A DNA stretch of 57,323 nucleotides from an uncultured Clostridia bacterium (GTDB taxonomy: Bacteria > Acidobacteriota > Blastocatellia > UBA7656 > JADIYM01), in contig CAZXLQ010000002.1 in the NCBI GenBank assembly GCA_964641945.1, forward strand, positions 1 to 57,323. The letters are read 5' to 3'. Made by a program: the position numbers and the translations under genes. The notes beneath the pieces were generated by a model. It had not been told where the DNA came from and ran no database searches. It saw nothing but the letters and a program-made list of their open reading frames with translations. Shown here one piece after another: positions 35,270 through 43,939 of the stretch (its first letter is position 1; every line of letters starts with the position of its first letter).

Positions 35270-35413
35270 GGTTCACCTCGAGTTGGTGAGCTTGCCTCTT
35301 TCGAGGAAACGCCGAGAGTCATAGCCTCGGCACCGTGAGAAGTCGCAACGAAATCGACGCGCCGCCAGAAGGACCATGATGATAGTACTCCTCGTGCGTA
35401 CATCACGCCTGAA

Positions 35414-38400
35414 CTACACCGAAACGGGATTCACGGCAGGCGCCGTCCACCGTGCCTTCACCTCGCCGTGCCACCTCCAGAGTGCGAAGATCGCCGGATA
35501 GACGGCGAGCTCGAGCACGAACGACGTGAAGATGCCGCCGATCATTGGCGCCGCAATGCGCTTCATCACGTCGGCGCCGCTCCCCGTCGACCACATTATG
35601 GGAACGAGTCCCATGAACATCACCCCCACCGTCATCACCTTCGGCCGCAGCCGCTTGACCGCGCCGTCCAGAACCGCCAGTCGCAGGTCGTTCCAGTTGC
35701 GCATCAGCCCCTTCTTCTTTCGGTCCTCATACGCGATGTCGAGATAGAGCAGCATGAACATCCCGGTCTCGGCATCGACGCCCATCAGCGCGATCAGACC
35801 GACCCAGACGGCGACGCTCATGTTGTAGTCGAGCGCGTAGAGGAACCAGATCGCGCCGACGGCCGAAAACGGGACCGCCACGAGGATGAGCATCGTCTTC
35901 GCGACCGACCGCGTGTTGAGGTAGATCAGCAGGAAAATTGCGAAGATCGTGATCGGAACGACCACCATCAAGCGCTCCTTCGCGTGCTCCATGTTCTCGA
36001 ACTGTCCGCTCCAGATGAGCTCGTACCCGGGCGGCTGCTTGACGCGTTCGCGAACCGCCTTCTTTGCGTCTTCGACGTAGGACCCGACGTCGCGCTTCGA
36101 CGTGTCGAAATCCACGAAGACGTATCCCGACAGGCGGCCGTTCTCGTTGCGGAGCATTGCCGGCCCTTCGACGAACTTGATCTCGGCGATCTGGGCGAGC
36201 GGGATCTGCGCCATGCCGTCCATTGAAACGAGCACGCGGCCGAGCCGGTCCGGGTCGCTTCGGAAGTCGCGCAGGTACCGAACGTTGATGGGGTATCGCT
36301 CCCGCCCTTCGACGGTCGTCGAGACGTTCTCGCCGCCGATAGCCTGCATCACGGCCATGTTGGCTTCCTCGACGCTCAGTCCGTACCGGGCGAGCTGCTC
36401 CCGTTTCAACTCGAAGTCGAGAAAGTACCCGCCGGCTGTCCGCTCCGCGAACACGCTCTTCGTTCCCGGCACGTCGGCCAGGGCGCCCTCGATCTCGAGC
36501 CCAACGCGCTGGATCTCGGCCAGGTCCGCACCGAGCACCTTGATTCCGATCGGGGTCCGTACGCCGGTCGTGAGCATGTCGATCCGGCCCTTGATCGGCA
36601 TGGTCCACGCGTTCGTGACGCCCGGGATCTGGAGCGCTTCGTTGAAGCCGCCGGGACCGTAGATGACTTCGTCGACGCTCTTGTGGTCCGGCCACGCGCG
36701 ACGGAGCAGCCCCTGAAGCCAGTCCGGCGCCCACGAGGAGTACCAGCGTTCCGACTTCGGCCACTCGGACTCGGGCTTGAGCACGACCACGGTTTCGAGC
36801 ATCGAGAACGGCGCCGGGTCGGTGGCCGTGTCGGCGCGACCGGCCTTGCCGAACACCCGTTCCACCTCCGGGTAGGACTTCAGGATTCTGTCCGTCGTCT
36901 GCAAGAGGGTGTTCGCCTCGGTCACGGAGATGCCGGGCATCGTCGTCGGCATGTAGAGAAGCACGCCCTCGTTGAGCGGCGGCATGAACTCGGAACCGAG
37001 CTTCTGGAATACCGGCACGGTCAGGGCCACGACGAGCACGGCCATGCCGATCGTCAGCCACGAGTTCCGGAGCACCCACTCGCAAACCGGGTGATAGAGC
37101 TTCATCAGGGGACGGCTGATGGGGTGGTTCTCTTCGCTGTGGATCTTGCCGACCAGAACGGCGTTCGTGACCCGGGCAGCCAGCTTCGGCCTGAACACGT
37201 ACGGATCCATTCGCGTGAACATCAGCCGGATCGCCGGGTCGAGGGTGATTGCAAGAAACGCCGCGATCGCCATCGCGAAGTTCTTCGTGTAGGCGAGCGG
37301 CGAAAAGAGCCGCCCTTCCTGCCCTTCGAGCGTGAAGACGGGCACGAACGCGACGGCGATGACGAGAAGCGCGAAGAAGCTCGGGCCTCCGACCTCCTTC
37401 ACCGCTCCGATGACGACGTCCTTGTAGTTGCCGGGACGTCCGTCCGCATTCCAGTGCTCGAGCTTCTTGTGTGTCTGCTCGACGACGACGATCGCCGCGT
37501 CGACCATCGCGCCGATGGCAATCGCAAGGCCACCGAGCGACATGATGTTCGCCGTCATTCCGCTCCCGTACATCGGGATGAACGCGATGACGATCGTGAT
37601 CGGAATCGTGACGATCGGCACGAGCGCCGACGGGAAGTGCCAGAGGAAAATCATGATCACGAGCGAGACGATCAGGAGCTCCTCGACGAGGGTGCCCTTG
37701 AGCGTTTCGATCGAACGCTCGATGAGCTCGGCGCGGTCGTAGGTCGTGACGATCTCGACGCCTTCGGGGAGCGAAGGCTTCAGCTCCTCGATCTTGTTCC
37801 GAACGCGCTCGATGACGTCGAGGGCGTTCTCGCCATACCGCATGATGACGATGCCGCCGACCGTTTCGCCCTGCCCATCGAGCTCGGCAACGCCTCGCCG
37901 CATGTCGGGACCGAGCGCCACGACGCCGAGGTGCTTGAGCAGGACGGGCGTCCCGCCTTTCGCGTTCGTCGCGACAACGATGTTCTCGATGTCTGCGACG
38001 CTCTTCACGTAGCCGCGGCCGCGAATCATGTACTCGCGGCCGGCGACTTCGAGGAGGCGTCCTCCGATTTCCTGGTTTCCACCGCGCACGGCCTCGAGAA
38101 CGCGCTCGAGCGTCACGTTGTAGGCGGCCAGGGCGTTCGGGTCGAGGTTGACCTGATACTGGCGGACGAAGCCCCCGAGCGGCGCGACCTCCGCGACACC
38201 GGGCAGCGACTGCAGCGCGTACCGCAGGTTCCAATCCTGGAAGCTGCGCAGCTCCGCGAGATCGAGGTTCCCCGTCCGGTCGACGAGCGCATACTCATAG
38301 ACCCAACCGACGGCCGTCTCGTCCTTCGCGAGCTCGACGGTCACGCCTTCGGGCAGCCGCGGAGTGACGTTGCTCAGGTACTCGAGCGTGCGGCTGCGCG

Positions 38401-38713
38401 CCCAGTAGATGTCGGTCCCCTCCTCGAAGACGACATAGACGTACGAGAACCCGAAGTCCGAGAAACCTCGAATGTCCTTGACCCGCGGCATTCCGAGCAT
38501 CGACGAGACGATGGGGTAGGTCAGCTGGTCCTCAACGATGTCGGGACTGCGGTCCCATTTCGAGTAGACGATGACCTGCGTATCCGAAAGGTCCGGGATC
38601 GCGTCGAGCGTCACTCGGCGCATGGACCAGACCCCGCCGATCGTCAGGGCGCCGACCGCCAGGAATACCAGGAACGGGTTTCGCGCCGAGGCCTCGATGA
38701 TGCGATTGATCAT
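35414..38713 (-). CDS. cusA: CusA-type Cu(I)/Ag(I) efflux RND transporter (pump 2)
   Basis: 1099 aa. The N-terminal 180 aa aligns closely by eye with E. coli CusA (DAIPDLSDTQVIVYS..., GFSYVYVVFEEGTDIYWARSRTLEYL, GWVYEYALVDRTGNLDLAELRSFQDW). Confidence 0.9.
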   Translation of the reverse strand: MINRIIEASARNPFLVFLAVGALTIGGVWSMRRVTLDAIPDLSDTQVIVYSKWDRSPDIVEDQLTYPIVSSMLGMPRVKDIRGFSDFGFSYVYVVFEEGTDIYWARSRTLEYLSNVTPRLPEGVTVELAKDETAVGWVYEYALVDRTGNLDLAELRSFQDWNLRYALQSLPGVAEVAPLGGFVRQYQVNLDPNALAAYNVTLERVLEAVRGGNQEIGGRLLEVAGREYMIRGRGYVKSVADIENIVVATNAKGGTPVLLKHLGVVALGPDMRRGVAELDGQGETVGGIVIMRYGENALDVIERVRNKIEELKPSLPEGVEIVTTYDRAELIERSIETLKGTLVEELLIVSLVIMIFLWHFPSALVPIVTIPITIVIAFIPMYGSGMTANIMSLGGLAIAIGAMVDAAIVVVEQTHKKLEHWNADGRPGNYKDVVIGAVKEVGGPSFFALLVIAVAFVPVFTLEGQEGRLFSPLAYTKNFAMAIAAFLAITLDPAIRLMFTRMDPYVFRPKLAARVTNAVLVGKIHSEENHPISRPLMKLYHPVCEWVLRNSWLTIGMAVLVVALTVPVFQKLGSEFMPPLNEGVLLYMPTTMPGISVTEANTLLQTTDRILKSYPEVERVFGKAGRADTATDPAPFSMLETVVVLKPESEWPKSERWYSSWAPDWLQGLLRRAWPDHKSVDEVIYGPGGFNEALQIPGVTNAWTMPIKGRIDMLTTGVRTPIGIKVLGADLAEIQRVGLEIEGALADVPGTKSVFAERTAGGYFLDFELKREQLARYGLSVEEANMAVMQAIGGENVSTTVEGRERYPINVRYLRDFRSDPDRLGRVLVSMDGMAQIPLAQIAEIKFVEGPAMLRNENGRLSGYVFVDFDTSKRDVGSYVEDAKKAVRERVKQPPGYELIWSGQFENMEHAKERLMVVVPITIFAIFLLIYLNTRSVAKTMLILVAVPFSAVGAIWFLYALDYNMSVAVWVGLIALMGVDAETGMFMLLYLDIAYEDRKKKGLMRNWNDLRLAVLDGAVKRLRPKVMTVGVMFMGLVPIMWSTGSGADVMKRIAAPMIGGIFTSFVLELAVYPAIFALWRWHGEVKARWTAPAVNPVSV

Positions 38714-38719
38714 GGATGC

Positions 38720-40402
38720 CTACTTCCGTTTCGGAGACTTGCTCTTGCCGGTACGGACCGGCTCGAGGTTCATCCCGCAGTACGGGCATTTTCCCGGCTG
38801 GTCCGAGATGTAGCTGGGGTGCATCGAGCAGGTCCACTTGCCTTCGACAGGCTCCTTTGGCGGGGCCGCCGACGGCTTCGCTCCAGAGCTGGAGTGATCC
38901 GTCTTCGAATGATCAACCGGCGCCGGGTCCGGCGCGGGAGTCTGGTTCGATCGATCCGCCGCCGGGGCCTCACCACCGGCCGGCGCGCCGCCGTGACCCG
39001 CGTGCGGTCCTCCCATCGCCGCTGCCGCGCTCTTGAGCTGGCTCTCGGAGTCGACGAGGAAATTCCCCGACGTGACGACGCGCTCGCCGGCCGCGAGCCC
39101 GGCCAGCACGACGTACTTCCCTTCGAACCGCTCGCCGATCGTGACCTCGCGCGGCTCAAAGTATCCGCCTTCGAGCGCGACGAAGACCCTGTCCTTGAGG
39201 CCCGAACGCATCACGGCCTCCTCGGGCACGAGCAACTGCTCGCCGGAGTCGACGGCGATCTCGACGTCGGCGTACATGTCGGGCTTGAGCTCGAAGCGCG
39301 GGTTCGGCAGGTCGATCCGCACCTTCAGCGTCCGCGTGTCGGCGTTCAGCTCCGGATAGATGTACGAGACCCTGCCGCGGAACGAGCGGCCCGGAAAGGC
39401 CGCCAGCGTGACCGTCGCCGGTTGCCCCACCCGCACCTGGGCCGACTCGTACTCGTAGACGTCGGCGATGATCCAGACGGTCGAAAGATCCGTGAGGGCG
39501 TAGAGCTCCGTCTCGGAAGTCACACGCTGTTTGAGAAATGCATTTCGCGCCGTGACGAATCCGGTGGCCTGCGCGTGAAGGGTGATCGTTCGCGACGCAG
39601 TTCCGCGCTTCTCGATCGCGTCGATCTCTTCAGCCTTGAAGTCGAACAGCTCGAGCCGCCGCCGCGCGGCCCGGTAGAGCAGATCTCCACTCTCGGGAAC
39701 GCCGGCGACGCCGCTTCCCGCGAGCTCCTGTCGCGCTCGACGCGCGAGCAGCAGCTCCTCCTGTGTCTGGTGGATTTCCGGACTGTAGATGTCGACGAGT
39801 GGTTCGCCCACACCGACGAGTTTGCCGACGGAATCGACGTGCACCCGCTCGACCCAGCCGTCGTACTTTGCGTGCACCTTGGTGACCTTGGTCTCGTCAT
39901 AGGCGAGCCGGCCGACGGCGCGGATCGATCTCGACACCCGTTCGGAGGTGACGTCGCCGAGCCGGACACCGATCAGCTGCTGTTTCTGCGCGCTGATCTC
40001 GATGACTCCCGGCGGCAGAGTCGAGTTGCTCGCGCCGCCGTCGGCGTACACCGGGACGAGGTCCATTCCGCAGTCGGGCGCCGTCCCCGGCTTGTCGGAG
40101 GTGTAGGCCGGGTGCATCGGGTCCACCCAGTACAGGACCTTCCGTTCTCCGGCGTCCTCCTCCGTTTTTCCCATTCCGAAGAGTCGATCCCGAAAGGCAT
40201 ATGCGCCTCCGGCCGCAACAAGGATGAGGAGGACGACGATGGCCGTTCGGCCACTTCGCGAAGGTGAGCCGGAACCCCTCTGGTCGGACTCGGAAGCGAC
40301 GTTGTCGGACTGCTGCACCGGCTCGTCAATGCTGCGCTCGGACCCAGATCCTGTTTCGGTGCCCTGCGGGTCCTTCGCATCGTCATTGTCGATTGTGCTC
40401 AT
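38720..40402 (-). CDS. cusB: CusB-type RND adaptor carrying heavy-metal-binding (HMBD/YHS-like) motifs at both ends
   Basis: 560 aa with an MFP core. The N-terminal motif is YWVDPMHPAYTSDKPGTAPDCGMDLVPVY and the C-terminal motif is WTCSMHPSYISDQPGKCPYCGMNLEPV. Confidence 0.85.
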   Translation of the reverse strand: MSTIDNDDAKDPQGTETGSGSERSIDEPVQQSDNVASESDQRGSGSPSRSGRTAIVVLLILVAAGGAYAFRDRLFGMGKTEEDAGERKVLYWVDPMHPAYTSDKPGTAPDCGMDLVPVYADGGASNSTLPPGVIEISAQKQQLIGVRLGDVTSERVSRSIRAVGRLAYDETKVTKVHAKYDGWVERVHVDSVGKLVGVGEPLVDIYSPEIHQTQEELLLARRARQELAGSGVAGVPESGDLLYRAARRRLELFDFKAEEIDAIEKRGTASRTITLHAQATGFVTARNAFLKQRVTSETELYALTDLSTVWIIADVYEYESAQVRVGQPATVTLAAFPGRSFRGRVSYIYPELNADTRTLKVRIDLPNPRFELKPDMYADVEIAVDSGEQLLVPEEAVMRSGLKDRVFVALEGGYFEPREVTIGERFEGKYVVLAGLAAGERVVTSGNFLVDSESQLKSAAAAMGGPHAGHGGAPAGGEAPAADRSNQTPAPDPAPVDHSKTDHSSSGAKPSAAPPKEPVEGKWTCSMHPSYISDQPGKCPYCGMNLEPVRTGKSKSPKRK

Positions 40403-40455
40403 TGCGGCTCCTCTTCATGTCACTGCCCGTGTGGCGCACGACGTGCAGCACGACG

Positions 40456-41214
40456 TCAGTGCTGATGCTCCGCCGGTGGCGGCGCTGCGACGCGCAACGG
40501 AGCCGGACGGTAGATCCGCTCCCAGATTGCCTCGTAGGCTGCGTCCGGCATGGCTTCCTTCACCGCGAACGTGTAGGCCTTTGGCCCGCCCGATTCGCGC
40601 TCCCAGGTCGCGAGCTCGAGCCGGAACGGGTCCGGCCGGCTCACGCCTCGAAGATCGGACCAGAGCCACGTGCGCGATCCCTTTCCCGAGTCGGAAACGA
40701 AGACGAGCCGGTCGTCGTAGACCGCGATCGTCCCCTGGCAACCACCGAACCGGTGGTGGTGCTTGACGGCCAACTCGGCGATCGGCTGCCCTTCCCGGTC
40801 GGTGAACCAGGTGATGAACGGCTTCGGCATGCGGCTGCGCAGAAAGTCACTCACTTCGCTCGTCAGCTCGCCGCCGACGATCTCGAGCGTGAAGACCCTG
40901 TCCATTCCAAAGAACTTGTTGTCCTCGTAGGTCGTGATTCGAATTCGGGTCTTCGAAAGGACTTCGAGCCGCTGGATGTCGCGATACGTCCACGATCCGC
41001 CGTGCTCGCCGTCCTTCGATCGATACTCGACCTTCTCGGCGGTAAGCGTCAGCGTGCCGTCGCGGTCTCGCAGCATCCGGCCGTGCCGGACGGTAAACGT
41101 GTACTCCTGTGCATCCGGACCGTCCGCACTCGCCTTCGTCGACAACGACACCAGCGCCAGCGCGCACGCCGCGAGTGCCAGGATGACCCTTGTCGTGATG
41201 ATTCCGCTCTGCAT
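40456..41214 (-). CDS. Secreted protein of unknown function with two related ~100-aa repeats
   Basis: Start at MQSGIITTRVILALAACALALVSLSTKASA, preceded by GGGAGG. The two halves share a G.L.L....V.F.S......W.Y.DI pattern. An HHHRFGGCQG motif is present. The track ORF of 476 aa is an artefactual extension. Confidence 0.6.
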   Translation of the reverse strand: MQSGIITTRVILALAACALALVSLSTKASADGPDAQEYTFTVRHGRMLRDRDGTLTLTAEKVEYRSKDGEHGGSWTYRDIQRLEVLSKTRIRITTYEDNKFFGMDRVFTLEIVGGELTSEVSDFLRSRMPKPFITWFTDREGQPIAELAVKHHHRFGGCQGTIAVYDDRLVFVSDSGKGSRTWLWSDLRGVSRPDPFRLELATWERESGGPKAYTFAVKEAMPDAAYEAIWERIYRPAPLRVAAPPPAEHQH

Positions 41215-41233
41215 CGTGCGCCTCCCGATCCGA

Positions 41234-42136
41234 CTATTCCTTCCTGTCCCGTTGCGGCTCCGCGTCCATTCGCGACCAGATCGCGAGAACGGACGGGACA
41301 TACGCCAGCGTTTCGGCCGGCAGGAGCCGTCGCCTCGACATCTCGTCAAAGTCCCGGACTCCGGTCCGGCGAATGACGCTCCAGACTCTTCCCTCACCTG
41401 CGTTGTAGGCTGCGAGCGCGAGCTTCCAGTCGCCGAACTGGCCGTGCAGATCCCGCAAATACCGGGCTGCAGCTCGCGTCGCAAGCGCAGTGTGGGTCCG
41501 ATGATCGACCGCACCGTCAACCGAGAGCCCGTATCGGCGCGCAGTCGCCGGCATGAACTGCCACACACCGCGAGCGCCCTTCGGCGAGAGCGCCATCGGG
41601 TTGAACCCGCTCTCGACATACGCGACCGAGAGCAGGGCAAGCGGCACTCGCTCCTCGGCGAGTATCGGGCCGAGCGACACGCGCGCGGCGGCGAGTCGCG
41701 TGTGAAGCGCCCGGGGCAAGGGGCGCGCGTCGGGAAACACGAACCGCTCGGCAAGAGGCGTGGGCGACAAGGCCTCACGTTCAAGGGCGATCGCCTTTGC
41801 AAGTTCCCCGGCGAGGCTGTCGACGCTCGCGGGACCGAGCTCGGCGGCGATGTTCTCCGCAAATGCGAGAGAGGTGCTGGCCGCAACCATGTCGCCGCGC
41901 TTTCGCGCCACGACGCCTTCCGAGACGTGACGCGACGCTTCGATCACCTGCTCCGCGGTTCGAGCGCTTGCCTCGATCGAGCTCTCGATCCGCGCCATGG
42001 CGAGCGATACCGGATCGGTGGCGGGCTCCGGGGACGGCGCCTGCCATGCACCCGCCTCCGAGCCGAACGCGAACACGATGGCCAGGAGTGCGAGGATCGC
42101 TCGTTCGATCCGGAGAGACTTTCGGGAATCCGTCAT
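41234..42136 (-). CDS. Lytic transglycosylase (SLT domain) protein
   Basis: The catalytic region is LLSVAYVESGFNPMALSPKGARGVWQFMPATARRYGL, followed by AAYNAGEGRV. An N-terminal signal/anchor is present. It overlaps the OMF stop by 4 nt. Confidence 0.8.
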   Translation of the reverse strand: MTDSRKSLRIERAILALLAIVFAFGSEAGAWQAPSPEPATDPVSLAMARIESSIEASARTAEQVIEASRHVSEGVVARKRGDMVAASTSLAFAENIAAELGPASVDSLAGELAKAIALEREALSPTPLAERFVFPDARPLPRALHTRLAAARVSLGPILAEERVPLALLSVAYVESGFNPMALSPKGARGVWQFMPATARRYGLSVDGAVDHRTHTALATRAAARYLRDLHGQFGDWKLALAAYNAGEGRVWSVIRRTGVRDFDEMSRRRLLPAETLAYVPSVLAIWSRMDAEPQRDRKE

Positions 42137-43464
42137 CGGAGTAGCCTGCCGACGAGTGGCTCGATCATGGCAATGGCCTTCTCGAGGTTCGCCAGCTGTT
42201 CGTAGTAGCCGAGCTCGTAGGTAAAGAGCGTCTTCAGGTCGTCGAGCAGCATCAGGAAGTCGATGCCACCGGTTTCGTACGCGGCGATCCCGGACTCGAG
42301 CGTGAGCGTCGCCTGCGGTATCGTGGCCGTCGCGTAGAGATCCGCGAGCTTCTCGGACGTGAGCGCCATGAGATAGGCGTCCTTGATCTTGAAGAAGAGC
42401 AATGCCTGGGCGCTCTCGAGCCGCTTGCGTTCCGCTGCCATTGCCGAGGAGGCTTCGGCGACTGCCGGACGCTGTCTCTGCCAGAAGTAGAGAGGGAGCT
42501 TCACGCCGAACATCACGCCGTGCATTTCGGGCATGCCGGGCCGGTTGACGTAGGTGTAGGCGACGGACATGTCCGGGTAGAACTGCTTCTCGGCGAGCCG
42601 CAGGGCGAACTGCTCACGGTCGATGCGGCTTCTCTGCTGCCTGAGGATCGGGCTTGCCTGCGCCATTTCGTTGAGCAGATCGAGCGTGAAGTCGATCGGC
42701 CGCCGGACGATGTCCGCCGGCGCACCGAGCGGCGAGTCCGGGTCGCGGTACATCAACACGTTGAGCCGGGCCGCGGCCGACGCCTGGCGCTGCTCGAGCA
42801 TCGTGAGCATCTCGGTCATCCGCGTGACCTCGAGCTGCGCCTTCAGCAAGTCCTGCTGCATGCCCTTGCCGACGGCATACCGAGCCTCGGCGATCTTCGT
42901 CACGCGCTCCATCAGCAGCCGGTTCTTCGTGACGGTCTCGATGGCTTTCGCCAGGTAAGCAAGGTCGAAGTAGACGGCCTTGACGTCGGCGACGACCATT
43001 CGGCGAGACTGCTCGAAGGCCCACCACTCGGCTTCGGCCTCGGAGCCGGCCATCTTGCCCATCAGCGCGAGCTTGCCGGGCCACATGATCTCCTGTGTGA
43101 CGGTCACGATGCGGCCGCTCGACGGGTCGCCGTTCTGGACGTCGAACGGAACGATGCTGCCCATCGAACCGACCTCGAGCATCGGCTCGGGCCAGGCCTT
43201 GGCCTGCGGCACGCGAGCCGTCATGGCGTCGAAGTTGCGCGCCATCGCCGCGATCTCGGGGTTGTGCTCGAGCGCCTCGGCGATGACGTGATCAAGAAGC
43301 AGTTGCGGGGGTGCGTCCGGCGCGGAGCCGGCGCGAGCTTCTGCGCGAGGCGGTGTCGGCGTCGCGGACCCCGTCTCCATTCTTCCCTGCGCGAAAACAC
43401 TGCCGTGGGAAAGAACCACGGTCGCCACTGACACGGCGGTGAGTACTCGGTTCGTTCGGTTCAT
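42133..43464 (-). CDS. TolC/CusC-family outer-membrane efflux factor (OMF 2)
   Basis: Start at MNRTNRVLTAVSVATVVLSHGSVFAQG, preceded by GGAAGGA. It has a typical two-repeat OEP sequence. Confidence 0.85.
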   Translation of the reverse strand: MNRTNRVLTAVSVATVVLSHGSVFAQGRMETGSATPTPPRAEARAGSAPDAPPQLLLDHVIAEALEHNPEIAAMARNFDAMTARVPQAKAWPEPMLEVGSMGSIVPFDVQNGDPSSGRIVTVTQEIMWPGKLALMGKMAGSEAEAEWWAFEQSRRMVVADVKAVYFDLAYLAKAIETVTKNRLLMERVTKIAEARYAVGKGMQQDLLKAQLEVTRMTEMLTMLEQRQASAAARLNVLMYRDPDSPLGAPADIVRRPIDFTLDLLNEMAQASPILRQQRSRIDREQFALRLAEKQFYPDMSVAYTYVNRPGMPEMHGVMFGVKLPLYFWQRQRPAVAEASSAMAAERKRLESAQALLFFKIKDAYLMALTSEKLADLYATATIPQATLTLESGIAAYETGGIDFLMLLDDLKTLFTYELGYYEQLANLEKAIAMIEPLVGRLLR

Positions 43465-43538
43465 AGGCCGTTTTCCTTCCTGCGAGCCGAGTCGACGTGC
43501 CCACGAGATCACGAATCGACACGCGCGCGAGTTCCTTG

Positions 43539-43554
43539 AGCAATCGCCGTACCG
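43539..43554 (-). promoter_or_regulatory. Sigma54-like promoter P4 (CGGTACG-GCGA-TTGCT) for the OMF2-cus2 operon
   Basis: The minus strand reads GCGGTACGGCGATTGCTC, with correct GG-N10-GC spacing, ~75 nt upstream of the ATG at 43464. The same element is conserved in the relic copy at 21870-21885. Confidence 0.55.
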
Positions 43555-43711
43555 CAATTCTGATCCGGCTTCTCGACTGGACTTCGAGCAGTTCGCCAGC
43601 ATCGTGCCTAAAGACCAGGCGCTGCTCCGGGCCGGGCGCAATTGGCGTTGCCTGTTCGACTTCCGCTGCATTCGAGTCCGCAACAGACAGCGTCGGACAG
43701 CAAGAATGCCA

Positions 43712-43765
43712 GACGAACATAAATACAACTTAAACTCGCAAATCTAAACGCAACATAAACTTACG
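43712..43765. promoter_or_regulatory. AT-rich block with four phased TAAA(C/T) boxes (copy B) between OMF 2 and the divergent response-regulator gene
   Basis: It is the reverse complement of copy A with 8 mismatches in 54. Box spacing of 11-14-11 bp is preserved. Candidate functions are an OmpR-family binding array, a DNA bend, or the promoter of the divergent two-component operon. Confidence 0.4.
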
Positions 43766-43939
43766 AAATAGTCCGCGCCACGGTGAGTCATTCTTCTCAT
43801 CGAGCGAATCGCGAGGTGCGAGGTTGGGCCCGGTTGGCATCACGTGGTGAATTCCAACGTCCGAACTCAACCTGCTGGCGAAACGGCGGTAGACTGGTCG
43901 TCTTCCCAAATTCAGGACACCCGGGATGGACAGGATCGG

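Noticed and set aside
35270-35413. 34-codon ORF with an AGGAG RBS between cusA and the multicopper oxidase gene.
   Set aside because: It gives a basic low-complexity peptide with no supporting features, and chance occurrence is likely.
36683-40267. Very long antisense ORFs, for example 1194 aa on the plus strand opposite cusA/cusB. Others are at 55593-56987, 3034-4104, 4086-5531, 8138-8884, 18827-20356 and 49770-50912.
   Set aside because: They are Arg/Gly/Asp/His-rich low-complexity translations lying exactly opposite strongly supported genes. These are typical shadow ORFs of high-GC DNA.
40456-41886. Long N-terminal extensions of track ORFs (476 aa here). The same applies to 4038-5888, 42133-43728, 26806-29619, 15367-15996, 16656-18161 and 30057-30767.
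   Set aside because: The extensions are Arg-rich and overlap the upstream genes. Internal starts with good RBS and signal peptides, or ATGA/GTGA coupling, explain the loci better.
21653-43768. The idea that the two inverted homologous segments delimit a 22-kb composite transposon or invertible segment.
   Set aside because: The copies are diverged by roughly a quarter outside the AT block, include indels, and correspond to gene 5' regions rather than IS elements. No flanking direct repeats were seen.
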